Of a DNA stretch of 64,000 nt, positions 13,029 through 25,030 are shown one piece after another. The notes under the pieces were generated by a model. That model was not told the origin of the DNA. It was given only the letters and a program-made list of their open reading frames with translations, and searched no databases. Numbering within the stretch: the first letter of the stretch is position 1; every line of letters starts with the position of its first letter. The DNA is from Psammoneis japonica (Eukaryota): assembly GCA_008632985.1 (NCBI GenBank), contig QPGO01000250.1, positions 1 through 64,000 of the forward strand, given 5' to 3'. The translations under genes were made by a program, and so were the position numbers.

Positions 13029-15457
13029 TGCATCAAGCATCCCATGGAAAAAGCAGCACATGAGGAGCAGCACTTGAAAATGGCAACTTAATTCAGCCAG
13101 GAATGTTGGTCAATGCAAAGTGTCAGAAGTTGGCATCTGCTGCTCCTTGTGATCACCTGCTCCATTTTGTGGGTTTGGCTCATCCAGGTGCACTTCAAAC
13201 ACAGCAAGGTGAGCCCAAGCAGAAAGCCATGGATTCACAACATTGATCTGTGTTGTCAGAGTCAGGCCCATGTTTTTTTAACACCCAAGATGCTCAATGC
13301 ACATCAACCCAAAGTTGGGACAAGCATGTCAACATTGGAGCCAACCACATGTTGATGCTGGCAAATTTGGATTTTGGTCCAGGACATTGAGCCTTGCCTC
13401 CATTTTCACTGTTTTGTGAAGACTTCTCTGACAAAGTCTTTTTGCATGCATGGCCAATCCATCAACATGGGCAACAGCTTCAAAGTTGATGCCAAAAAGG
13501 TTTGTTGTGTTGTTGTGTGTTGTGACAGGTCCAAAGTTGGAAGCAAATCTGTGAGCTGCAAAAGCAAGCACACAAAATGAAGGCTTGTTTTTCACCTGCA
13601 TTCCAAGTTTTGCTGTGGAGGTGAGTTGTGTTCCCAAATGTCTTTGTGCTGGGAGCTTTGTCAACATGGAAATGCAGTCATCTTGAACAGCAAAGCACTT
13701 CTTCACAGCAGCCAACAGGTTTGCAGTTCACAGCTGGGGCAAGACATTGCTTGTTGGCTGAAGGTTTGAAATCCAAGGCAGAGTCTGGAGCCTTGTGTCA
13801 TGCATCAGCAGTGGTTGGGCAGTTGTCAGCTGGTGCAGCCAAAGGAGGCAAAACACAAGATGTCTCTTTTGTGGAAGGAGCCAGGCAGAAGCCACCAAGA
13901 AAAAAAACAATCACCTGCCCTCTTGAGGCAACAAGGATTTTTTCAAAAAGCAAAACAGATCTTGCTTCTGCTGCTCTCAAAGTTGTGACTGAAGCCCCTG
14001 CTGTGAGAAGAAAAACTCTTGAAATGGAGCACTTTGTTTTGGCAATGGGGGCATTGTCTCATCATTGTTCAAGTTGACTTGATCAAATTGCATGTTTTCC
14101 AGTGGCTGCACTTTTAAATTTTCACTTGTCAACCAACTTGCTTGGTGCTGTGCAAAACAAGTGTGCCACCCAGGGCTGGCCAAAGTTGAAGAGCATGTGC
14201 AGCCAAACATTTCACCGTGGGGCATTGAGAGAGCACCATTTTCAAAATTGTTTTCCTGACAAGATGACAAAACAACAACCCTTTCTGTCACCTTTCTACA
14301 AAGGAGCTGGTGCAGTGCATGCAAGACATGTTTTGCAAATGCTGCACAGGGGCTTCTTGTTTACAAAGCTGGAGCCATTTGCGATCCAATCAGCAAAGTT
14401 GTGAGTGACAAATGTTTCACTTGGGAAACAATTCATCCAATCAGTGTTGATGCCTGTGGTTTGGGACATCTTACAATGAGACTCTGATTGGTCACATGAC
14501 AGACCACAAATGCATGAAGAGCTGTCCTTCCATTTTTGGAAGATCTCAAATGTGCTTGTTGCACTGCTTTTATGCACACAACACATCTGCTCACAACTGC
14601 AAATGTGCGACATGTGCTGAACAGCCCTTTGACTGTTGTTGCACACCCTCAGAAGATGATGGTTTAAAAAAGTGTCAACGCAAGCAGCATTCATCGAATG
14701 TGTCTCCTGTCAACCCATTTGCATTTGTCACATCTGTCTCCCAATGCAAACATTGTTGTGCACTGTTAAATGTTTTCTCTCAAGTCATCAATCTTCTGTG
14801 TGTTTTGATTGCCACCAGAATTTTGACTGATGAATCAAATCCTGCCATGTGCCGAACAATGCCACACCAAAACAACCATGAAAAGTGCCTCATCGCCATG
14901 TTGAAATGCTTGAAAAACAGAGACTCTCTCAACCCACATGTGCCACATCCTTTTTACATGAGAGTGATTGACACGTGCGTGGCGCTGGTCTTGTCATTGT
15001 CAAACAATGGGCTGCGCATGTTGAGTGCAAAGTCAGAGGTGCGATTTTGCGATGGTTGCAAATGAACACCATGACGTCACACATTTGATTCTTTGGAAGG
15101 AAGTGCAAACCAAAACAGTTAAAAAATGCCTGGAGGTGCAACTTTGCAAGGACTGTTCTCAAAATTGTGTGCTGACAATTCTTCCAAAGTCCATCAGATC
15201 ATCTGCCATGGTGTGAACTTTCAATTGTGGAAGCATGAAAAAATTCTGTCAAGCCAGTTTTTTTTTAATTGCAAAAAACCGCTTGGCAACAGGTGCAAAA
15301 AATTTCATGCTGAGGGCAAAAAAGTGCATGATGGTGCCAGGTTTAGATGAGGGGGTTGGGTGTCGCCTTTCCGGGTCCCTCCCCAGAGTCAGCGATGTTT
15401 TGGTGTGGCATGCATTGAGCACCTGGTGGCTGCAACAGCACCAGTGTGGGCCTCATG

Positions 15458-16247
15458 ACACTCCACCACCCTTCTCAAAGTGTTCCCTGGGTGCTTTCAA
15501 AGAACTTCAATGCCCTTGGGATGGTTGGCTGCATCAGGATGTTCTTTCACTGTGGAGTTGGGGGTTTTGGCACTCACCATGGCATGGACCAAGTGACTGG
15601 GGGGTGCAAGTGCACCAGATGAGCCCTTCAATGCCCAACCTCCATTCTCAAAGTGTTTGTTGGGTTCCACCACTGGAAACCTTCAATGCCCTGAGCATGC
15701 AGTTGGTTGGTTGGTTGCATCAGGAAGATGCTCTTTCACTGGCAGCTTTGTCCAGAGCAGCTGCACTGGGCAAGTTGTGCAACTCTCAACTGCTGTTCTC
15801 AGTTGTTCTTTGGCTTCCACTTGGGATCTTCAATGCACCAGGTGGGCGCCTTGCAACACTCCACCACCCTTCTCAAAGTGTTCCCTGGGCACCTTCAAAG
15901 AACTTCAGTGCCCTCAGCATGCAGTTGTTGGGATGGTTGGTTGCATCAGGGTGTTCTTTCACTGTGTGGTGGTTGGGGTTTCAGCACTCACCATGGCATG
16001 GATCAAGTGACTGGGGGGTGCAAGTGCACCAGATGAGCCCTTCAATGCCCACCCTCCATTCTCAAAGTGTTTGTTGGGTTCCACCGGAAGCCTTCAATGC
16101 CCAGAGCATGCAGTTGGTTGGCCAGTTGCATTGGGAGGATGCTCTTTCACTGGCAGCTTTGTCTGGCGCAGCTGCACTGGGCAAGTTGTGCAACTCTCAG
16201 CTGCTGTTCTCAAGTGTTCCCTGGCTTCCGCTTGGGATCTTCAATGC
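15458..16247. repeat. Tandem duplication of ~400 bp with internal cttcaatgccc sub-repeats
   Basis: Units 15458-15836 and 15856-16247 both begin acactccaccacccttctcaaagtgttccctggg. Confidence 0.9.
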
Positions 16248-17088
16248 CCTTGGAGAGAACTTTGGTGACAAAAAGCCAAAAATGCTCATGTTCTTTCTGT
16301 TTTTCTCCTTTGGCACAAACACATGATTGTCCCATGCACACCAGCACAGATTGTGCATGTTGTTTTTGTTGGATCATTGTGACCAGTGATGTGTCACTCA
16401 GCTTTTTTGTTTTCCTCGCTGAGGTTCCAACTCGTGGACAAACAGTGCTGCAATGATGGAGTGAGATCCTGGGGCCCATGCTTTTGTTCAATTCCAGCAC
16501 TCATCTGCCGCAGTCCTCCAGAGCAAATGACACAACATGCACTGTGCTGCAGTGCACTGAGCACCGGCGGGTGCAGCAGAGAGAGAGAATGCTGCATGCA
16601 GCATGGCTGTTGGTTTGTTGTGACATGCCATTGGCAGTTGCTTCACTTGGTTGATTGTTGTGTTGGTGCAGCGCCTCACTCAGCTCTTGAAGTGCACATG
16701 AATTTTCATGGAGTGAAGCACAGACTGCACTGAGATTGCCTGCAGAAATCTGCCAAAGATGAGAAAAACATCCACCTGATTTTTTTCGTAAAATGGCCAA
16801 AATCCACTTTGTTTGCCCATCCTGATGTCGTTTTTGAGTTTTTTGGTGACACTTGTCTTGGTGAACAGCGCCCCCTGTGCCACCCGCAAAAGCCAATCCC
16901 TTCCAGACAACATGCCAAAGAACAGCCCTTTCCAAAAAAGGTCAAAAGTGGAAGCAAGAGGCAAAGAAGCAGCGACATTTAAATTGATGCCATTCAAATT
17001 GGTGCACTTCAATCAGTGTGTGGAAGCAGACTGCAAACTTTGCCATCTTGGGGAGGACACAGGCACTCGCAATCTGCAGAGCACCTTT

Positions 17089-17326
17089 GCAGAGCACCAG
17101 CTGATTGGAGTGCTCTGCCAAGCACATCCAATGACACTGCAATGCTCTGCAAAGCATTCAACGACACTGCAATGCTCTGCAGAGCATCCAATGACACTGC
17201 AATGCTCAGCAGAGCATTCAACGACACTGCGATGCTCTGCAAAGCATTCAATGACACTGCAATGCTCTGCCGAGCATTTGACAACACTGCGATGCTCTGC
17301 AGAGCGCTCCAATCAGCTGGTGCTGC
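17089..17326. repeat. Six 30-bp tandem units with a palindromic core, flanked by ~28-bp inverted repeats
   Basis: Units start at 17131, 17161, 17191, 17221, 17251 and 17281 (consensus atgacactgcaatgctctgcagagcattca); flanks gagcaccagctgattggagtgctctgc and gcagagcgctccaatcagctggtgct. Confidence 0.9.
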
Positions 17327-17942
17327 TCTGCAGAGTTGGTCTGTGCAGAGACACTGCTGCTGAGTTTCCATCTACACACTGCTCAGATTGCTGCAGAGTT
17401 GCAATCTACACACTGCTCAGATGGACACTGCTCAGCCTCCAGCTTGACAAGATTGTAGTGCTTGTCAAGGATTGCAGTGCATTCTTTGTAAAACAAGCTG
17501 TTGTGCTGTGGTCAGGGTTTGCATGCGTGCGTGTGACAGAAGTGCATGCAACATCATGTGTTCAAATTCCGATGACGCACGAGGTTGAAGCCGTTGCACG
17601 CGTGTCGTGCTGGAGCTCGCGTTGCGCGTGCTGGATCCCACAACAGCGATTTCTGTCGGCACAACCCGGGGTCGGCACCGGTGCACGTGGGATCCCATGT
17701 GGAGGCTCCGGCAGCCTCCCGGGGTGTGCATGCATCGCCAGGCCGAATCCGGGGGCAGCTGTGGATGGGGACACCGTGGAAATCATGCAGGTGCCATTTT
17801 TTTGGCAAAATCAATCTCTCTGCCCAAATGGACCATGGTGGTCATCAAGGTCGTGACAAAAAAAAGTGTCACCATCACGATTCATGAGACTCAACGTGCG
17901 GTCACAACGTGCAATGTGGAGCTTCCATCTCCCAATCGCTGA

Positions 17943-18665
17943 GACCCTGTCCAAACTGGACCATGCCTGTGTACACACCTGACATCATGGAGCCGAAAAT
18001 GAGCCTCTTCAAAAAAATCAGTGGTTGTCAGCCCTGTGCATGATGCATTTTTAGGCCATGCGCACTTTGGTGAGCCTCGGAAACAGCATGCCCCAAACAA
18101 CATGCCCCCGAGTCGACACACGAGACGACCCAGAAGCAGCATTTTTGATGCAACGAAAGTGCGCATGGCTGTGCCTTTTCCAAGAACAACCCACAACCTT
18201 CTCATGTGTGAGGCACTTGCTCTGTTTAGGTTGCTTTGCGTGCCGTTCTTGTCTCATCACGACGCAGCATTTTCCCTGAACATTCTCTCAATCAACCCGC
18301 GGCAGATGCTCACACAGTGAAGTTGTTTGCACATGAGTCACACACAATTTTAATTTTGCGATCGATTTTTGTCCTTTGCTTGGCTTGTTGTCGCCTTGTG
18401 GCTGCGTTCTCGTTGTCATGGTGGCATCTCTCTCGTCATGTGTTTTTGTTCTGTTCAACCCCAACTTCATCCATGCAGTTGGTTTGGCACCCTGGTTTGA
18501 TGATCAACCTCCATCACTGACAAAACATGTGGAATCAGGGTTGTAACATGTTTGTGCATGGATGAAGTGGGGGCATGCACAAAAGGGGTGTGACCCTGTG
18601 ACATCTGCAAAAAGGCTTCGTGACGTCAGGTGTGTGCACAGGTGTGGTCCAGTTTGGACAGAGTC
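17943..18665. mobile_element. MITE / non-autonomous DNA transposon, PIF/Harbinger-like
   Basis: ~52-bp TIRs: gaccctgtccaaactggaccatgcctgtgtacacacctgacatcatggagcc (17943-17994) matches the reverse complement of 18614-18665; flanking triplets TGA and CAA are both one transition from a TAA target-site duplication. Confidence 0.75.
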
Positions 18666-19352
18666 CAAGCAACCACCAAGTCAACCTGCCGTTTCTCACC
18701 AAATCGCTCTCCTGCCCTCAGGATCATTGCAAAAAGTTGCACTTTCGACACCATCGTGTCCGCCGTCATCGAATTAGGCTGGGTGCATCGAAGCACAACT
18801 TTTGACTGCAATCTCATTGAGTGATTTTGAAGTGTCAGCAGATGTCCACGCAACTCGTTTGAACAACATACCGTCATCCAAATGGCACTTTCATGAGGCA
18901 GAACTGAGACGCCTGAACAATGACATCTCCCAAAATCAAAGCCAGAATGCTGCACAGTGTTTGCAGTAGAAGAGGTGAGTGCATGAAGTGTGTGCAGCAC
19001 TGCACACAACGTGCAAATCGAGTCAGAACTTGCTTGCGACGCTGGTCATACAGTGCGTTCTTTTTTTACTCACACACGCTTCATTGTCGTCATGTTGTTC
19101 CCAGAATCATGTGCAGAGTGAACAAATGAATCCATGATGCAGAGTGAATCGACGCAAGTGGGCGATTTTGACGAGGACGGCGCGGGAGCATGCAGCAGCA
19201 GCAGGAAAACCCAGTCTGACGCATCTGGGAAGGGCCCGTGAGCAACGACTTGAGACAATGTGATGCAATGCCTCAAAGAGTGTCCATGTTCTCCTTGGCA
19301 AGGCTTCCTCAGTTATTTGTCTGCTGCCATGAGGAAGCAGAGCTCGTTGAAA

Positions 19353-19975
19353 ATGTCAAGAGACACGTTTCCCATGCTGACGCACAAGAATCTGGTCTCT
19401 GCAGAGGATTGTCTTGATGCGCATCAAGTGGCAGTGGCTGCAGGAAAAGAAAATGTTGTGTTTGTCGATGCGTCATGGCATCACAAGGGAGGAAGAATGG
19501 GTGGTCAATGCAAGAAGTGATTTGTGGCAGTGTTGAGAATCCGCACCTTGTCCTTGCAGTCTGGTTGTTTGGAGCAGACCACGAATTGAAGGTGCTCGAT
19601 GCATTGACACAAATGACATTGCAACATCTGAGGGGCTGCACCCTGAATTGAACCCAAAGGGGTTGCACAGAATGATGCCTCCACCAGCTGGGAGACGAGT
19701 GACTCATGGGTTGTTTCTCTTTGTTTTCACCAGTGGAGGTTCTTTGTTTTGGCAATGGTTGAACTTGAAACATTGGGAGATTTTGGGGTCCAAGTGTTCG
19801 AAGGAACAGGGTGCACAGAAATGTCCGAATGTCCCAATCTTTGTCTTGGGGACAAAGACAAAGACTGGCTGAATCCTTGGTCACAAGCCTGTGATCCCAA
19901 TGGAGAATTGCGAACGGGATCTGTCGCATCAGGAGAAACGATGTGTGTTGTGGAGAAGGTGCAATTGTGTCGATG
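19353..19975 (+). pseudogene. 3-mercaptopyruvate sulfurtransferase (rhodanese) relic
   Basis: LVSAEDCL...VVFVDASWHHK, then after a probable intron (~19517-19558) PRIEGARCIDTNDIATSEGLHPELNPKGLHRMMPPP (19579-19686), matching the MST pattern DASWY..IPGA.YFDID.I..LPHM.P; degenerate downstream. Confidence 0.75.
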
Positions 19976-20619
19976 AGACTGTGGTGAATTGTCAAGTGCA
20001 TGCATTTCACCTCAGATCTGTGTGTGAGACCACACTCGTGTAGATGTTGAGTTCACATTTTAGCAAAGTGTGGCCAGTGACTGCGACTGTGCTGGGGTGT
20101 CCTTTGAACAGGCCATTCATCGCACCCATCGATGCAACATCGCTGTGTTCGTGTTGCTTTCCTGGCTGCCACTTTGTCAGAGCCAGTCACTTTTTGGCCA
20201 AAGAGAGACGTTCTGTGAGCAACCAGGACACGTCCAGCATCAAGATTTGAATCAAGAGTCAGGAGCAGAAGCACTCCTGCCAATGCACAGCTGAGGAAGT
20301 TGAGCAAGCCAAGGAGGTTTGCGACCACATCGAGACCCTCAAGGCGACTGGCAATCGTCAAGGCTGTCGAACGAAAGCCAGGAGAGCCCGCGTCGCCTCT
20401 TGCGGATCCGGTGGAGGACACTGGATTGACGACATCGACAGTGCCAGAGCTTCATGTCCCAAACAACAGGCTCTCAATGCTCGAGCTGGGTGTGAGGAGC
20501 GCCCGTGACAAGGTCACAGAGGCCACAAAGAATGTTGTTGCCGACCAGTGAACACAACACTGTAACATGCTCAGGCACAAGAGCATAAAACCAGTGACAA
20601 GCACACTGTAAAATCGGTC

Positions 20620-21357
20620 TTGAAGTGGACCTTAACTGCTTTGTTCTGCGCAAATCCGCTCTTGACCATGACCGCCTGTGACGACTGGGATGATGTGGTG
20701 GCCTTCAAGGAAACCAACATTTGCGATGCCTGCGAATGCCACCTTACAAGTGGAGATGCTGGCCCGGGTCTACAAGGATCCACTGCCCTGTTCTTGCACA
20801 ATCATGGCATTTCCACACCTGGTTGGTTTGTCAGATTTGCCACTGTGCCCTGCGGCAACGTGTTTGACATCACAGGGTACGAAGGCCACAAGAGCCTTGG
20901 AAGCGACGCCATCCGTATCAGGGCCTACGGAAAATGCCTGTCAGAAGTGCCGATAACTGAGTTAGATGCTGGCAGTGTCTTGGGATTCAACAGAGAACAT
21001 TTCACTGCATTTGAGAAACAGAACCTGCTTGCCATTTGCCGAGAAATCCAAGATGCATCCAACAAATGGCAGTCGCAGGAAGCCTTGAGAACTTCCAATC
21101 AAGGAGGTAAACCACTTGACACCCCGGCAAACCCCCTGTTCTTCGGCACCTTCACCCCAGGTTCCACACACACCCCAAGATGCCATGGAACGGCTGGAGA
21201 CACCCATGCTCCATCCACGGGCTCCACTCCTGCGAGTCCAAACCGCCCCTGCACACCAGGGGCGACCGCGAGGTTGGGGTCAACCACGATCCCTACTTTG
21301 CACCAATGCCCATCGGGACCACTAACCAATTCAGATCATGTAAGTTGTTCCTCCTAA
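20620..21357 (+). other. Degenerate ORF at a domain edge, possibly an LTR-retrotransposon gag-like N-terminus
   Basis: 245-aa ORF with a globular-looking part and a Pro/Thr-rich tail; no pol motifs follow. Confidence 0.2.
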
Positions 21358-22209
21358 AAGAAAAAGTACCTCGTCTGTCTCGCGCTCACCTCAGCTCTTC
21401 ATTCACGTCCACGAACCACACAGATTGTTATTTACGGCAAGAAGGGGACAATTTTTACTCCACGAACATGGTTTCAATTCCAGACTGTGAGTCAAGATGC
21501 ATCAGCTCATTGTTAATGCAGGGCAGTTTGGAGGAGTTGATCAAGGCGGGCGGACCACATGAGACTGAACCAACAAGAGCCATGAGCGCAGAAGACCCCG
21601 ATCCATTATGTCAAACACGAGATCCTGTTCTTGTCATGGACACGAAGGTGATGTTGCAAACTGTAGATGAGAAGGAATCGCTCACATTAGATCCACGCGG
21701 ACAATTGGTTGAAACTGAAACCAACGCAAGAGCTTCTGGATATTTTTAACAAGGTTGAGGTTGACATTGCTGCCGAGAAACAAACAGCATGCTCTTGTGG
21801 AAGTGACGTTAGTGCATGCCGCATTTTGCTTGCGGATGGCGTCATGGTGATGAACGCAAAACTGTAATGTATGATGGAAGTCATCAAGAAAGGAACATGG
21901 ATCCAGATACTCCGAAAGCTGTCACCAAAACACCAGGTCATGACTTACTTTAATATCAAGCATGCTATCTATTCTTACTTTTAAATGCACAGTGTCGCTC
22001 ACAATAGCCTATAGCCCACACTGACACAGCGCCCCTACACAAGCAAGGAAGAAGCAAACAACGGATGTCGAGGAGAGTGACGATGGTGAGGATTCAGACT
22101 TTGAAATTGAAGAGGACGAATGGAAAGAATCAGACTGTTACTCTAGGTAGTATGGTAGAAATGATAATTAAGCATCACCGCGAAACGGGCGTGCATTGGC
22201 ACTCGGCGA

Positions 22210-22650
22210 ATTTTTACACGGTGAAGTACGGGAAAAGCATTAAAGATACTATTAATCGTTCTCTGTAATTGGAGCGACAGCTGTAGCGATAGATACATTG
22301 ATAGAGACGTGAGAAATTCTACAATTAATATCGGTCACTTTTGGTGTCATAATATCCGCAATAACATTCCAAAACTACAAACGAGTCATCGAGGATTTTC
22401 AGTCGTGATTACACGGTGAAGTACGGCAAAAGCGACAAAAGTACTATTTCATGTTCTTCCCAACTACGGAGTCAGCTGACTTGGTAGATATATTATTAGA
22501 GACGTGAGAGCCTCTGCTTTTGATATTGGCCAGTACTGGCATCATAAAAGCTGCGGTAACATTCCAAAACTACAAACGAGTATCGGTAGGATTTTCGAAA
22601 AATCGAAATATTTTCAGTCGTGATTACACGGCAAAGCACGGGAAAATGGC
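22210..22650. repeat. Imperfect ~200-bp tandem repeat (~2.3 copies)
   Basis: ttacacgg..aag.acgg.aaaa at ~22213, 22410 and 22624; taacattccaaaactacaaacgagt at ~22362 and 22557; tagagacgtgaga twice. Confidence 0.8.
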
Positions 22651-22945
22651 GGTCACTTCATCGATCTCGTTATCGACGAATACAAGGCAAATGAAAAAGT
22701 TACCCCCCATTTTAAGACCGCCGTAACACCCTCTATCGACTAAGGTAACTCTCGTTTCGATCCAAGAGAATTCGTCTCTACGTGATTTCTACGGCGTCCC
22801 CTCCCATAGCAGCCCGCAGCCCGGGGAGGTGCAGCAGCACAGCACCATCACACTGCAGAGCCTTCTGCTTTTGTTGGGACTGCTCGCTGTCAAAGTTAGA
22901 GTCTCCTTTTCTGTCATTGGCGTGACTTGTAGTCTATTGAACACA

Positions 22946-23900
22946 ATGGAACGCCGTCCCAAACGCAAGGCTGCCGAAGCGGCATCGACGGCCACGAAAC
23001 AAATGCGAATGCACGAGGACGCGCCCGACGAGGACGAATATGATTCACAACTTCACGAGAACGCTGCGGCCGCTTCCACTCCGTGCTTTGTATCCGAAAC
23101 GGCTACACTCTCCCATGAGCTTGGATTGCTTGTGTTTGATTTTCTACCAAAGCGCGAGCTTGTCCATGGCGCATCTATGGTGTGCAAGTCTTGGCTCGCA
23201 GCCACGCGGAATCCGAGTCTGTGGCGGGCACTGGAAGCAGATATCTGGAGAGAATCAAGCGAAAGCGGTCGTTTCTCCATGAAGAGTTTTATTTCCTTTC
23301 TCCATCGTCCACAATTTGCGTTGCTCCAAAAATTGGTGCCTCCGGATCTCTACAGAACCTTTTCACCCAACGTTTTTGACAGCATTGCTGCGGCAATCGG
23401 TGAGCATTTGGAGGAGTTTGATCTCTCGGGATCCACTTCGAAATACAGTTTGGCGCTGCCAGTGGCAGTTGTTAATGACGAAGAACTCCTTCGAATTCCT
23501 ACTCTCTTTCCAAAGCTCAGAAAGGTCTCCATCTGTTTGAGACGTGTGCGTGAAGAGACCCTGGTGCAGTTCATTCAAGTCATGGGGGATCGCCTCGAGA
23601 GTCTCAAAATTGTGACGCACAACATTGAAGCTCATATCTGCACCGACGCAACTCTAACGGCGCTAGCTCAAAACTGCCCCAACTTGGAGTGTGTTCTACA
23701 CAAGCACAAAGGACATCTGAAGCTTTTATGGGGGAAGCCCTTTTACGTCTCAAGCCATGGTTGGTGTACTTGAGAGTTGCCAGAAGTTACGGATCTTTGA
23801 TCTTGACACAGTTTCGAATGATGCGGCAAACGTGCTTTTTGACTTCCTACGCCCTCGCAACTTTCTCGGTCTCGATCTCTCGTATTACGAATCGGCGTGA
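22946..23900 (+). CDS. F-box/LRR-repeat protein with an apparent frameshift near 23758
   Basis: ATG at 22946; F-box LSHELGLLVFDFLPKRELVHGASMVCKSW...PSLW; LRR-like repeats (LTALAQNCPNLE); LRR-like sequence continues in another frame as VGVLESCQKLRIFDLD...YESA to TGA at 23900. Confidence 0.75.
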
Positions 23901-24129
23901 TGATCACATTGAATAACGTACTCGTAGTGGCAGTGGCGCATCCAGGCACGCAGCGCGCGAATGGTGACAACTGTAAGAGTAGTAGTAGAGTCAAACGATG
24001 CTCTACCTAATGAGAATACATCATCTTCCATGGATAACTAGAGGGTCCTACTAGCTACCTTATTGAATAGAACGTTTCAAAAACAATCCTCACAATGTTA
24101 CAATTGTCTTTTTCTACAATGCTACTTCT

Positions 24130-25030
24130 CTAAAACTGTTTTTCAGTCACACCCGCACCCACTTTTGGTGTGTCAGGAGCTCCACCTTGCGGTCACGCTC
24201 TTTGCGCTGAATGTTTTGGACATAGGCCAGCATGCCACGGTCTCCAAAGGAACGAGCAAGTTCTGTAATGATGAGGCCATTGGAATGGAATCCAGCCAGC
24301 GTAATGAACTGCCAAGCGTATCCAAGACGACCCAAGTCGTCATTGAAGGAGGCGAGCTCTGCGTCCGTCATGCCAGACGCGTCCCAGTTGAAACTCGGGC
24401 TGAGATTGTATGCCAGCATTTGATGAGGATACATTTTCTAAGCGTGAACAGAGAAGGAAAAGACATTAGGTAAGTGGATGGCTTCATAGAATAACAAGCC
24501 TGCAACGACGCAGTACACGAAAATCCATATTATGCGGCCACACACCTTGACACCCTCTGAAAACTTGCGAGCCTCGGGAATACCAGGCTTGGCGGTTTCC
24601 ATCCAAATGAGATCCGCATACGGTGCATACGCCCTGGCACGTTGAATGCAATAATCGATGCCAGTCTTGAGGCGGTAGTATCCCTCACGGACACGGCAAA
24701 GCTCCCAGTCAAGGTAGACCGAATTCTTTTCTCCAAAAATCGAGTCTGCAATCCTGCGCGCTTTGGCATTGCTGAGGGTGTTGGGATCACTTGCTTGCCA
24801 CCGCTGCACCATTTGCTGCTTTTGCGCACTCGACACATTGAGGGATGCAATCTTGGCCAAAACACGGCCTCTCCAAAGGTCATGAGATTGGCCCGCTTGG
24901 TCCATTCTTGCGTCGCACGGTTGACATCCTTGGCTCCCGCCACAGCGTCACGGAGAGATCCAACACCGCGAGTCGTAACGCCCAGAATAAAGGGATGGAC
25001 GCTTCCGTCCACATTGGAATCCAACTTCCG
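24130..25030 (-). pseudogene. ICL: Isocitrate lyase 3' fragment (5'-truncated, frameshifted, internally deleted)
   Basis: [57 protein letters not shown] intron 24545-24438; frameshift near 24862; terminal GAGVTEKQF* out of frame; no KKCGH active-site region. Confidence 0.92.

Larger units (their letters stand above)
9900..21350. other. TpA/CpG-depleted, TpG/CpA-rich domain containing repeats and gene relics
   Basis: No TA seen by eye in 15361-16320; the 363-aa ORF 15235..16326 contains no Tyr; ORFs nearly always end in TGA. Confidence 0.9.

Noticed and set aside
10800..15200. Retrotransposon or hAT transposase coding region
   Set aside because: Looks like degraded coding DNA, but no RT, integrase or DDE motif was recognisable even allowing His/Cys->Tyr reversal
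17131..17310. CRISPR array (30-bp palindromic repeats)
   Set aside because: Units are head-to-tail without unique spacers, no cas genes are present, and the context is eukaryotic
2800..21350. Numerous Cys/His-rich ORFs as real genes (e.g. zinc-finger or metallothionein-like), or an alternative genetic code
   Set aside because: They overlap in all six frames, lack Tyr and result from TA depletion; neighbouring intact genes use standard TAG/TGA stops and Tyr codons
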